A DNA stretch of 59,782 nucleotides, filler included, from Sphacelaria rigidula (taxonomy: Eukaryota): NCBI GenBank assembly GCA_964200075.2. It is 7 parts of 7 records of this genome, joined end to end, with 100 filler letters (N's around TTAATTAATTAA, not from the genome) between each part and the next. Parts side by side here need not be neighbours in the genome. Positions count along the whole stretch, not along the records: positions 34,222 to 42,675 come from CAXNAA020011082.1; positions 42,776 to 51,229 come from CAXNAA020011083.1; 5 more parts are not named here. One strand, given 5' to 3'. Shown here one piece after another: positions 39,091 through 51,329 of this stretch. Both the position numbers and the translations under genes were made by a program. The notes under the pieces were generated by a model, which was given only the letters and a program-made list of their open reading frames with translations, searched no databases and had not been told where the DNA came from. Numbering within the stretch: position 1 is the stretch's first letter; every line of letters starts with the position of its first letter.

Positions 39091-40278
39091 GCGGTGCCAC
39101 GACGAGCAGCGTCCGCGGCGGTGGCCACTGCAGCAGCTGTGCTCGTGTGCGGCACCCTGATTGGTTACTTGTCAGGTAGTAATGCACCCGCTAGTCCTTC
39201 CGTGCCCTCCAGCGATTCGTGGGTACAACCGTCTCCTACAAGCGATAGCGCCTTCTCTCCTGCGGTGTCTAGGAGGGCATCGGTAGCAGGAGGGTCGGAG
39301 GGGGCACAAGGGACTGTAGTAGGCGGGGGGGGTGATAGCGACGCGAGGGTTATACTCTCGGAGTCGAGAGAGATCGAATCCGAAGCTGGGAGCAGCAGCA
39401 GCGGCAGTAGCAGCACTAGCTGGGAAGGTCGGCAGAGATTGCGATACAGCCATTTGAACAAGAACAAAAATGTTGGTTATGGTAGCTCGCAGCGACGGCA
39501 TCAACGGCAGCAGCGACGGCAACACAAGGACGGCAAAAGCATAAGCGGCAGCTATGGTGGTGAAGCCAGCGGAGAGCATCTCCACAAGAGCAGTGTGATC
39601 GGTAGCCAAGGTGGCGAGCAGCGGTGGCGGTGGGAGGCGCGGCAGGGTGGTTTCCACAACAACGCCTCCTCCTTATCTATGGCCAATTTCATCGCCCGTT
39701 CCATCACCCCCGAGGAAGGGGAAGGGGAGAAGTACGAGGAGTGGTACGGCGAGGACAGAGGCGAAAGCAAGGAGGCCGAGACGGACAACATATTTTCTTG
39801 GGCCCTACCACTCCGACCCCGACCATCCCGACAACAACCGTCGACGAGCGTCTCGTCCCCGTCATCCCGCCAGTGGTTATCTCCAGCCGACGGGGAGGAG
39901 GAAGAAGATTACACGGCAGATGCCGCGGTTTTCCACCTCGAGAGGGCAAACGCCGGAACGTCACTGGAGCAGCGACGGGGTCTTCATCATTATCAGCAAA
40001 AGCAGCAAAAGCAGCAAAAGCAGCAAAAGCAAGAATCGCGTTTCCTAGTTGGAGTCGAGCCAACAGGCAAGAAGAAAGCATTCCTGAAGAAGATTCAGGA
40101 GCCCACATTGCCCACCGACGGTGTTGGTGGTGACACGGGCGCCAGTAGGCTGGAGGAGAAGGAGGGAGGGTGCGAGAGGCTGGACGTGACAGGGCTCGAT
40201 CGATGTCCTGATCTCGGAGGTGACTTCTTGGAGGGTATGCTCGAGGCCAAACGAGAAATGCTACGCGGCGTGATCGAG
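39091..40278 (+). CDS. Large exon of an uncharacterised protein (hydrophobic anchor followed by Ser/Gly/Gln-rich low-complexity region)
   Basis: Inside a 423-aa ORF; atacag|GCG acceptor and GAG|gtgggc donor give 1188 nt, phase 0/0. Hydrophobic AAVATAAAVLVCGTLIGYL; QQK repeats; no recognised domain. Confidence 0.65.
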
Positions 40279-40689
40279 GTGGGCGGACTTGCGCGCTTCT
40301 GTGTGCGTCGGGAGGGTGGGGGAGGCATATATTAATAGCTGTCTGATCGGCGTACATGATTTTGATGCAAAAGCAAAAAGTAGCCCGAATACGAAAATTC
40401 GACCAGCGTTTCGAGTTGGAAAAAAAAATGCGGTGTACATCATGTGTGTACTCGTATGTACACAATGTGTGCATGTATCACACTCTAGACAATGGGCACA
40501 GTAATAGTTCATTGCTTCAGTAGTAGACGCGGGGGAAAAGCTATCGATATACGTTGTCGAACGCAACAGATGGTGAACCACATTTGTTGATATGTATTGC
40601 AAGGGACAGTAGATGCTGCACGAGTCGATCAATAGTAATATGACGATCACAAAAACATATTACACATAACGTATAAAATTGTGTCTTTT

Positions 40690-41332
40690 ACAAATTGGCC
40701 GACTCGCCGATGACAGCAGCAGTGGTTTCGGGTGAAATGTGCCCGAAATACGAGAGAAAATGACGCCATAAGTACCAACTAGCCGTCGCGGGTCATGGTC
40801 AAATTGAATGTATCAAAATCTACACCATCAAAGATGCAAATCTCAAGTTTTAACTCATGAGATTATGACTTCTACAAATTCGCCGATTCGCCGATGACCG
40901 CGGCAGTGGATTCTGGTTAAATTTGCCCGTAATAAGGGGGGAGAAGACGCCATGATTATCAATTAGCCGTCGCGGGTCATAGTCAAATTGAACGTGTCAA
41001 AATCTGCGCCATAAAAGATGTAAATCTTGAGTGTTTAATTTATGAAACTATGGCTTCACAAATTGGCCGATTCGCCGATGACCGCGTAAGTGGATTCGGG
41101 TTAAATGTGCCCGAAATAAGAGGGAAAATGATGCCATGATTATCAATTAGCCGTCGCGGGTTATGGTCAAATCGAATGTATCAAAATCTGCGCCATATAC
41201 AACGTAAATATTTGATTTTCAACTTATGAAATTATGACTTGACAAATTCACCGATTCGCCGATGACCGTGGGGGTGGATTCGGGTTGAATGTGCCCGAAA
41301 TAAGAGAGAAAATGAAGCCATGATTACGAATC
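40690..41332. repeat. 184-bp tandem repeat, ~3.5 copies
   Basis: ACAAATT..CCGA.TCGCCGATGAC starts at 40690, 40874, 41058 and 41242. Confidence 0.92.
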
Positions 41333-42675
41333 GACAGCGCCAATGACAGCTAACGTACAGCGGCGGTAATTGTCGGGTAAAATCTGCTGGGTCAAGTAAT
41401 GTTAGATTCGCCGATTTGACCGATGAGCACGAACGGGTAGAAATGGAGCCTTGAAATGATGTTAGAGGCGGCAAGCGATGAGGTATATCAAATTAGCGTT
41501 GATGGCGGCAGATGGCAGTCGGGAATCATGGCCGAAGATGACGGATAGGGCGGTCCGTTATGAAGAAGCTACACAAGGGCGATACGGTATGTTTTCATAT
41601 TGTCTACCTTAGTGTCTTTGGGACCCACCTTAGAGTCATCAGTCCCGTAGGTCCGTGATCCGTGACCTCTGGAGTTGCATGGTACGACCCATGACTCCGC
41701 TGAGAGAGGGCGAGGTTTTGACGTACGTCTGAGAAATGCCAGTAGGATATTTTGCAGCACCAATGAAATTCAAAAGCAGCTTTTTCAGGACGAGGGGGCG
41801 ACAATGATTAATAATCATTAAGATCACTGACCATCAATGAACATCGTGTACAACATTAGATTTTGGGATGTATTTATCGATATCCCTGGTCGTGATCCAT
41901 ATATTTGGTTAGTCATCCATCGATAGTCATTCCCATCAATAGATTTGGTGAGCAATCTATTGATAGCCTCTGCTGCCAACAATGGATTTTGGGGTATCTA
42001 CGAGTCAATGCAGCCATTGTCGTTAACAACCGATTGTTCTAGGGAGCATCTATCGGATAGCCAGTGACGCCAACGACATGTTTTGTTGAGTATTCCATTT
42101 TTCAAATTGGTTGTTGTCTCGGGCTATTCCAGATTCGGCATTGGATTTCTGTGACAGAAAACACTCTAGTTTTTTTCGGAATATTTTTGAAAAAACAAGG
42201 AGAACTTTTCGACAAACAGCTCAAAAGATGACTCCATTATATTGAGTAGAGGGTAGTGTACTGAAAACAATATAACTGTGCAGTGTTGTATGGAGTGCAG
42301 AGTACTACACAGAACACAAGACAACATGGCAGTTCTGCAGTGTTTTTTTAGTTTTGGAACCTGAAGACGGCCTGTATACAGTATGCATCAGCTTCTCTGG
42401 TTGCTAAATTTATCTTGCCGTGGACGCGAGCGCTGGCGGCGATGCCAACGGCAGCAGCCGTCATGCTGACGGGTGCAAGCAGTACCCTGGCGGTGCAGTA
42501 TATTCGCACTGTGCTGTGCGTTGCTCCTTTAATTGGAGCATGGGGTCTGGCCCAGCCGGTCGAGCGGTGTATACTGGTGCTGGTTATGTGCCTTAACCCA
42601 GCCGTGTTCGGAATCGCGCAAGTGATGGGTCCTTGTAACATGAAATTTTCAACAGTTAATCGTGTAGACAGCACT

Positions 42676-42775
42676 NNNNNNNNNNNNNNNNNNNNNNNNN
42701 NNNNNNNNNNNNNNNNNNNTTAATTAATTAANNNNNNNNNNNNNNNNNNNNNNNNNNNNNNNNNNNNNNNNNNNN
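42676..42775. other. Artificial contig linker
   Basis: N44-TTAATTAATTAA-N44. Confidence 0.98.
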
Positions 42776-45700
42776 CGCATAGTTAGCTTTATCACACCCT
42801 GCAATATATTAGCAAACTTTAAAAATGATTTAAAAAAATTAAAAAAAAAAAAAAGCGACAAAAAGGCCATAACCTGACTGCCTAGCTTACACAGTGAGTG
42901 GCATGTTTTACAGCGTCGTTGCCAACCGCGACCAACCCTCGAAGGTGAAGGGGGGCAGGGGGGGGGGCGTACTCAATCGTTGCTTGCCCTCGTCATTCGA
43001 CCATTGACCACGGATTCCTTTCGAGACCGAGCACCATTTCTACTCCTGATAGAGACATCTCCGACATTTGGGTGCAGGGGGGGGGAGGGAGAGGAAGAGA
43101 GAGATCAAATACACGACGTTTTGCACAGCACATGCCACGTACATACAAATCATCTCGCACAAACACTGCCACTTCACCCACCCCGCGAGTCATATTTGAC
43201 CCTTGGTTCTGCGAGGAACGGCGACGGGAAGGAGGGGGAGCAAGGACGCGAGACTTGCGAAATGTCGTTATGCGAATCGAGCTTGAAAAACAAAATAAGA
43301 TCCCAGGTGAATGACGTTTCTCTGCAGACTCTTGAAATCACTCTCACGAAGCAAAGCGAGCAAACCGTTTCAACTGCCAGTGAACCAGACACCACGGAGA
43401 TTCACTCGTTGTGGCACTGCAAAGCACACCGGCCAGAACTGTAATCCCAACCCCAAACCAAGGCAGACAAATAACTCTTGGGCAAGGGGGGTGTACACAT
43501 CGCCCTAGACAAAATTTGCGCCTTGATTTGGCTCGGGTCAGCGCCTCGGGGTGCCAAATTGAGCTTGAGCTTGGCGCACGCCAAGCCCACGCCGAGCTAG
43601 CGCTTGAGACTACGAGACCAACACCGAAGATGATAAATATGAGGGTCCACATGAAAACCAAGTATGTATTCAACCATCGCTTCATGACGCCGAGTTAGGG
43701 TCAACATGTAATGTGCTAGAGCGTGATAAGTACGGTCGAGAAAAGGCTGTGGACCTTCTACCCCTGACCGTCCCTGCGCTCCCCTTGTGTGTCCAACAAG
43801 GTTTTTCGAAGTGTTCTCTCTCCCTCTCTCTCGCGCTTGACCGACCGTGAATGTCTATGGCGTTCTCTACTTTTATATTTGGAGTGGGAAAACAGATAAC
43901 AGATCATACCCTACAGCACGGGTAGGGTCACCGGAGAGTCGTGACTACGAACCCATAGTGGTCGGGTGGAGCGGCACATGAACAAGCACGGACGCATACA
44001 GACAGAACTTTGCCCCCATTCTCTTGACAGTACACCTGTAGTGCAAGAAGACGTGCCATTGTTAAATCTGAAGCATGTTGTTCATCGATTCGCTATTTTT
44101 GTTCCAAATGTCGGATGGTCCCTGGCCAGAAATCTCGCTTGTGAAGAGTGGATGCAGCGGCACGAAGTGTTATGGGCATTAATCGGTGCTGGTGGTTTGA
44201 TCTGACGAAAACAAAGTCTGTACATATTATGAACAATCGCTCAATGGTGCCAAGTTGGCGTGAACCCGTCTCCCATTCACGGCCTTGCTTTTCTTAGCAC
44301 GGTCTCCTTACCCAAGGTTCCGGCGGGGGTCGGTCGGGGTTTATTATCGGGACCCTCACGAGTTCTTTGGCTCGCGCCCATGTCAGCTTACTCTTTCATC
44401 CTCCATTCTTCATGCGTTCCCTCTGTTCTATGCTAGCGTTCCCATTAGAGTGCTTTCGTCGGTCTACCCTTGGGTTACTGTACAACATGTTCAATCTTGT
44501 GATCATGGCTGTACTCGTAGGCACCCAGTTACTGTGGGCCATCAAACCAACCAGCCAAACATAGGCCTTCTTATCGCAGTCGCCGGCGCACCACCACAAG
44601 CGGCCGCGTCATTTTTTTGAAATTTCGAGCGCGCAAGTTCTCATTTCATCGTCGAAGGACGATGTGTGGTGCGATTTTATTACTGGGATCTCTCCGGTTT
44701 ACATCGCAACCTGAGAGAGAACCACCACACCATACAAAGAAGCAGTCAGCGCAATCTCTTTTTTTCTCTCACAAACATCCCAGCCCCTTGTATGCAATTG
44801 TGGTAATTTACAAGGGGAAACTGAAGGGAAAAAAAAAAACAGCACCACTCATCAGCAAGACACAAGACTGTACTGCAATACCAATAGATCACTCGAGCAA
44901 CTCGACGCTTTCGCCGGCGAGAAACATCGAACATGTGAGAATATTATGGGTCTCTTTTTTTCAGACTCTCCAGGGACGTCGAGAAATTCAAACTACGGTC
45001 GCACCCCTGGAACTACGGAACATGGTAACCACGACCAGCGGAGAACGGGTGGGATTCCATGTACACAGACACTCAGTTCAACCCTTTGACGATCCGAGGT
45101 GGCTCCCAAGTTGAGTCAGCATCGTCTTCACTAAAAATACTCAGATGGCCTCTCAGGTGGCCTGCCGTGGCGGTCACAGGGTTAACGCCCGAAGGGCACG
45201 TAGCACAATTCAACACCGTTGTACCGAACAAACAACGCGTGCTAAAGATGATACCGAAACGCCTCCCGATAGAGACAAACGTTCAAGTAAGAACGCATCA
45301 CAATTCTGACGGGCTTTGCTTCCAGAGGGGGAACGACCAAGAGATACAGCACCTGTCTCTCAGGACTCAGGGTCGAGTGCCATGAAATGGGCAAGTCACG
45401 TCAAGATAATACCGTCTGCTTGATGCGCATTTTGAATGTTTTGCCCTTTGTACACAAGGGACGCCCATCGTTCACCGAAGCACAAAACCTGGCGCGGCAA
45501 CGTTCTCGAAGCCGGGCTTTGTCGAAACGGATAGTAGTGAGTACGGACAGTACAGGACAGTACAGAATAGCACCCAGTGACCTCGCACGAGGCAGACGGG
45601 CAAGTAGCCTTCCGGGGAAGACATTACGCCGCAAACACGTTTCCCCGGGTACGACGAGCATAATTCGTCCGCTGCCCGACTTTCCTATTCCTGTGCACAC

Positions 45701-46559
45701 AAGCACCATGCACGCGGTGCTCAACGCTCGGAATGTCCATCTCGTTGACCAAATTTCAGGACAAGATAATTGGAACACTTCCAAACACCTGTACTGTTTG
45801 TCTGTACCGTCTGTACTGGTGTGATGTACTGAACACGAAGGACATGATGGTACATCACCACCGAAACATTTTTTTTTAATGTCAGCGAAGGATGACCGGA
45901 ACTTGCGTAGTGGGTGGTGGTGGTATGGCTTTGCTCTGTTCAAGCGTGATCACATCGTCGGTTTACAGCGTAGTTGTACTGCAGTGTGGGGACTGCACTG
46001 TTGTAGGGTACAACACGCTCCCCCATCGCAACCACGCGGACGGAGATTTGCGCATGTGGAGAGACGACACGATATCGCCCATTTTCCCTTAGAGCAGTAA
46101 CTTCCAGTCCATGGATGCCACTGTGGGCTTCGTGCGAGTCGGCCTCTACGTATAGAAACTCTTGAGTAAAGATCCACAAAGGCACCCCAGTCTAGTTCAC
46201 TCGTATAATTTCTGAATGGACTCAAGAAGTGCCGTGTTGGATAGATAGGTAGGAGGACACCGGATCGCGCGGACACAAGGAAGCTTTTTCTCGGAAGAGA
46301 AACAAGGACTCCTGGTCGGCAACAGCCACGGACTTTACTCATCAGTCTGGCAGAAAATGCATTCACTGACGGTACGCAGCAGACTTGAGAAGGAGTCTTG
46401 CACAGTCAGTGCTCTAGTTGTAGTGTTACAGTAAATGAAAGCAACGATGTGATATTCGTCAGATGGTCTACCGTAGTACTCTGTATCATTGTACTGACTG
46501 TACGCCACATTCCGACTGTCTGTGGGAATGCTGATACGCCACGCTAAAGCGCATGGTAC

Positions 46560-46840
46560 CGGCGTGCACTAAAAACGTCACGAGCGTGAAATGTGCTGCA
46601 GTGCAGCCTTCGAGGCGTACAGTAATCTTCAAGATATACATCTGCCCGCCAATTTCCCGCAGAGCTGTGCTATCTGCAGGACATATTCCGATTGTACCAT
46701 TGCCGATAGGCTAGAGCTGAGGGTATCGGCGTGCAAAAACGTCACACGCGTGAAATGCTGTAGTACAGTCTTCGAGGCGTACCGTATTTAGGGATCGACG
46801 CATACATTTGCCCGCTTACTTCCCGCAAAAGAGCTGCGGG
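46560..46840. repeat. Tandem duplication, ~168-bp spacing
   Basis: GGCGTGCA..AAAACGTCAC..GCGTGAAATG...CTTCGAGGCGTAC...TACAT.TGCCCGC at ~46561 and ~46728. Confidence 0.75.
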
Positions 46841-47207
46841 GGTGGGGGTACCTAGAGATGATGATTATAAACATCTTTCATACGGAAGACGCATCAACAA
46901 ATGGGCTAGAACATCGTCTCTTGGCAACGTGAATTGTGGCGCAACCCACTCAGACCGCCAAAAATGATGCGCGCTCAACACCGTAACTAGAATGATTTGC
47001 GGTAAACACTGATTTCACAATCCTGACCGGCGCCCAGAGTAGATGGGACGGCAACACACACACACACACACACAATCCTGACCTGCGGTTTTGTCTAAAA
47101 TCATTTGGGAAAGTCAACGACTGAATGGATCCCCAGGCAAAATGAAAAACCTGCCCAGGCTTTGCCAACGCGGGAGGAAGCAAATTCCCGGCAATAAACG
47201 AACGTAC

Positions 47208-47355
47208 CCGATTTGACGTGTACCGGAACAAGAATACGCCCCCGTGCTTCTTGCCATTGGAGGCCTCCCACTCTTGGATGGCTTGCCCAGCCTTCTCCCT
47301 CGACATTGTCCCATGAAACCATCGCTCAAGACAGCCATTCTCATCGAACAGCGAT
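47208..47355 (-). CDS. SH2-domain protein, exon with N-terminal half of SH2
   Basis: cacag|A...CGG|gtacgt, 148 nt; SLFDENGCLERWFHGTMSREKAGQAIQEWEASNGKKHGGVFLFRYTSNR matches the SH2 WFHG..SR.EA...G.FL.R pattern. Confidence 0.82.
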
Positions 47356-47690
47356 CTGTGCCGGAGAAAGACGGACAGACCACAGCGAACATTAGTTTCA
47401 TATGAACGCGTTTTACAAGTCGTTACGCTAACATGCCATGAGCTACGAGCCACAACCCACGAGCGCACACGGCGCATGACATCAGCTCCTTAGCCACACA
47501 GGAGACGCGTTGCACTCATACCCAGTGCAACAGAGTGCGAAGGGTAGCGCGCTCGTCATAGCTCACAGCTTCACTTGCAACTAGGGAACGCAACAAAAGC
47601 GGTCGGTGTTGATATGGTGCAAGTCAGTGAGAGGTGCACTCTCCCCCGCATACAGATGGATATCGATCGTATTCATGATGATGACTGTAC

Positions 47691-47875
47691 CTGGATGCCT
47701 TGACGAGGCATGTCTTCATCGGCCCGAACCTCTGCAAGAAGAGGTTGAGGTCTTTGGGTACCACCGCCCGGCTCGACTGCGCCCTCGACGGTGCTCCCCT
47801 ATCGAAGGCATATCGAAGCACCATCTCCGTGGAGGGGTCATCAGGGCCATGTGGCGCCTCACCCGGATAGTGTAA
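47691..47875 (-). CDS. SH2-domain protein, exon with EF-hand-like helical linker
   Basis: tgcag|TTA...AG|gtacag, 185 nt, phase 0 to 2; LHYPGEAPHGPDDPSTEMVLRYAFDRG...VVPKDLNLFLQRFGPMKTCLVKAS. Confidence 0.75.
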
Positions 47876-48573
47876 CTGCATGTAGGTCTGTTTCCGTTGT
47901 GTAATTTGAGGATCCGATTTGCATTGCCGTGCATAACACAAGACCACGGACAGGAAGTAAATGAAAGGAACGACTGTCGGCAAGTTTCAACGTTTTGTGC
48001 TCTGGCTTCCGTACGCAATTTAGTACAGTGCAGCCAGCCGTGCAGCTGCAGTGCAACTCAAGTGCTGTGCACGTACAAGAGACAAGCGTGTCCGAGGCAA
48101 CTAATGTGGACGTCACCGTAGGTTGGATGCCCCATCTAGGCTTCCTTAATCGTGTTTTCATTCGACTTGACTAGTGGACCAAGCGAGGAACATTTTGGCC
48201 CGAAAAGCCGAAAATCGCCTCAAAACAAGTTCATGTGCGCTGGAACAACTTGGGGCACGAGACAGAAATACACATACCGACGAACACCAAGCGGGTGCAG
48301 ACGAGTGGCACACGATTAGTGCAGCGCATCCTCAGTAAAACCAATTCGATCGACCTTGCACGTAGGGTAGAACACAAGCGAGCACTGCCGTTTCGAAAGA
48401 AGAGGACAAAAACAGAAACGGTAATTTCTCCAACACCCCCCTCCCACACACATCGCTATTTTTTAATGCGGCATCATGAAGCACCTTGCCCATCCTGACA
48501 TACAAGCGACTATAGTCTGAGATTCAAGGAGTTGCTTAGTGAAAAAAAACTCACTAAACACTGTCGCTCTCAC

Positions 48574-48678
48574 CAGAAAGTAGGCCGAGAACATCGGCCA
48601 CGAGGCAAACCTCTGCTTAGTCTGCCGCTGGACGTGATCCCAAAAGGCCTGCGCATCTGCCCGATCAGCCGCATCCAT
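48574..48678 (-). CDS. SH2-domain protein, first recognisable exon
   Basis: gccATGG start context; MDAADRADAQAFWDHVQRQTKQRFASWPMFSAYFL|gtgaga, phase 0. The exon may extend upstream to an acceptor near 48741. Confidence 0.7.
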
Positions 48679-49828
48679 GGCAGCAGCACTACCAATCCCT
48701 CCAGCTCCACCGTGCTCGACACGTAGACCAAAATAGCTTTGCTGTGGAACTACTACTTACGGTCGTACAAGGTGTACGTGTTGTCTCGCCAATGCCCCAG
48801 TTGCACGCTGCCCCACCCTGCCAATGGCACCTCAACTGGTCCTCTCTAATAGCGAAGCGTATCGCCAATAAACTTTCTGTCTTCTTCTTGGCAGACGCAA
48901 TCCACTTGTGCCGCAGAGCAGCGTGCCGGTTACGGCAAGCTAGTGGGTTGAAACAGTTGTGCAACCACACCGGAGAGACGAGGTGCGGGTCTGCCGCTTC
49001 TTTTTTCAAAGAGCTTCAGCAGACCGATACTGAAACTGAATAGTCTGTGTCGCAAACTACAACACTACTACACAACCTGTGTACAACTCCCGTCTGTAAA
49101 ATACTGGACAGTGATGTGCTACGTCACGGTAGATAACACCCTCTAAATACAAGCACACCTGCGAGTCGTTTGACGCACGACGGATCATCCGTCCTTAGGG
49201 ACATTTGTCGCTGAAATGGACCAATCTACGTTTTCTTTGCTAGTATGGACAACTGGAGGCTAGGAATATGAGCAGTTTTGCTTTGTATCCAAAGTAGTTG
49301 CAATACGGCAAACTGCAGGTACTGTGAGCGCGAGCACTCGAAATCAGTTGCGCGGCGCTTGATAAAGGATTGAGATGAGTGTACAAAAAGCAGTACTTCT
49401 AATGTGCTTCCGACATGTGCAAACACGGAAACATCCTTTCTTTGATATCACACACGGTATACTCTAGCGAAACTGCAAACAGTCTCGAGCGTCACCCGTT
49501 TGCCGCGCTCGTTTGAATCTACAATGGCGTGTTTGCCTGTTCTGGAGCCATCATGGAGAAGTAGTGTGCAAGAAACGATGTCTGTGCGTTGTTGCTCCGT
49601 GCAGGAACAAATCGTAACCGTTTCGACGACACCAACGTGGATCTTCTGGGAAGTATCTTCATGAGCATGCGGCCATGATCTTTGTTCGTCATTTCGTACA
49701 TATTGTGCACCCTAAATCTGCACATGGATATCAACTTAGGATGGTCATCTTTTGGATCTCAATCTGGAGTATCTCGAGTAACACGTAGTCATCATCCACC
49801 CGACAGCTGGGGCCTCATCTCCGTGCAG

Positions 49829-50182
49829 CAGTGTTGAAAATCCAACGGAATAAAAAGTTCGATACGATTTTTGAAAATAACGACGAAAAAACGTCGATAT
49901 CGATATTTAATCGATACTCGGAAAATGGCCAATCAACCGGTGTTCTGGTGTTCTGGGCTTTTTTGCTGTTTCTGGGGGGTGATTTTTGCAAGAAAGGGGG
50001 AGACCGATGATGTGACTGCACCACTCGTACCCCCTCCCCTTTTTAGCAGGCGGGCCCCCCGAGACACCCAGTTTGCGTATCCAATGTATCGGCTTACCAG
50101 CTCGCAATTCCGCTACTGAGAATTGCCGAAAATCGCGATCGATACTCGATATTTCAATAACAATACACGATTTCTAACACTG
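49829..50182. mobile_element. hAT-like MITE
   Basis: TIRs CAGTGTTGAAAATC / GATTTCTAACACTG; 8-bp TSD CCGTGCAG / CCTTGCAG (one mismatch); subterminal ATCGATA repeats. Confidence 0.8.
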
Positions 50183-50249
50183 CCTTGCAGGATCTGCACT
50201 CTATCTGGCACATGAAATCAATGAAACCCATTTACTAATATTCTCCAAC

Positions 50250-50850
50250 ATGGCATCTAGCGCGGGGGGAAGCTCAGCCGCGTGCACATACGAGGGGCGG
50301 AAGGACGGATACCGCTGGCGCCTGGACTACATCCTGGTGCATCAGCAAGACCGAAGACTCGTTCGAAACGTCGAAACGTCACTGAACACTGCATCCCAAG
50401 ATGAAATCGGGCTATCGACTGATTTCTGCCTCCATCCGTCTCCTTGGATGGAGCGCACCCAACCGTCGGACAAACCGGGATGTGTGCGAAGCGGAGTGCA
50501 TCGACCGGAAATTACGTAGGCCCGACCGGCGTTGGAGAGCGATCGCATCGCCGGCCATCGTGGCCGAGCTCCCGAATGCTACCAAATCTACAGCAGTCCT
50601 GAATGCCAACGACACGCCCTCTGCCTTCGCCAAGATGGCCGCGGATACACTCCCTCGCTGCTCGAAGAACCCCCACCCCACCCCCCCCATCTAAAGCTTT
50701 CATTCAGTCGTAAAAGGTCCAAGCACGCCTCCGACAGGCGTGAAACAGCAGGAAGCGAGTGTACGCGCCATCCCTCACGACCCTGGCGTGAGAAAGGCGC
50801 TGAAGGTGAACGACAATAATAAGATGGTTAAGCGGGTGAAGCACGCTGAG
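50250..50850 (+). pseudogene. Non-LTR retrotransposon (LINE) APE endonuclease C-terminal remnant
   Basis: YRWRLDYILVHQQDRRLVRNV, then a frameshift to RLISASIRLLGWSAPNRR. RLDYIL is the conserved C-terminal motif of AP-type endonucleases. Confidence 0.7.
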
Positions 50851-51229
50851 GCCACTCCTTATGACCTACAAAAAAAGCATTTTGTTGAAAAAAAATGCAG
50901 TCTTTTTTATCCTTCGTCGTCGCTTTACGCCCTGAAAGAGAGCTAGGCGGAGTTTGACGCCTTGAGATGACTTGTTCTACTCGTTGAGACGGTTCTCGGA
51001 TATCTTGGCATTGTTCGGTGGCCACAGTTTTGCTTTGGCCAAACTTGAATTTCTGTCCGAGAGCGGTCAAGAACAGTCAAATCAAGGGTCTGTCAAAAAT
51101 ATATTTCGGGACACGTAGTAGGCCCCAAGATCGAAAATTCGAGTTTTTTGTGGGGGGGGGTAGGGGGGGGGGGGGGGGCCCCCGGTTTGTTTCCCCCATT
51201 TTGAAATTGGGGGGTTTTGGTCGGGAAGG

Positions 51230-51329
51230 NNNNNNNNNNNNNNNNNNNNNNNNNNNNNNNNNNNNNNNNNNNNTTAATTAATTAANNNNNNNNNNNNNNN
51301 NNNNNNNNNNNNNNNNNNNNNNNNNNNNN
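51230..51329. other. Artificial contig linker
   Basis: N44-TTAATTAATTAA-N44. Confidence 0.98.

Noticed and set aside
39165-40474. Overlapping antisense and alternative-frame ORFs
   Set aside because: Shadows of the GC-rich plus-strand exon.
43960-46370. Downstream exons of the SH2 gene, or a transposase
   Set aside because: Only fragmented ORFs; no SH2 C-terminal or DDE motif recognisable by eye.
8457-51329. Regularly spaced TTAATTAATTAA motif as a biological repeat or array
   Set aside because: Always embedded in N44 runs; a standard artificial six-frame-stop linker.
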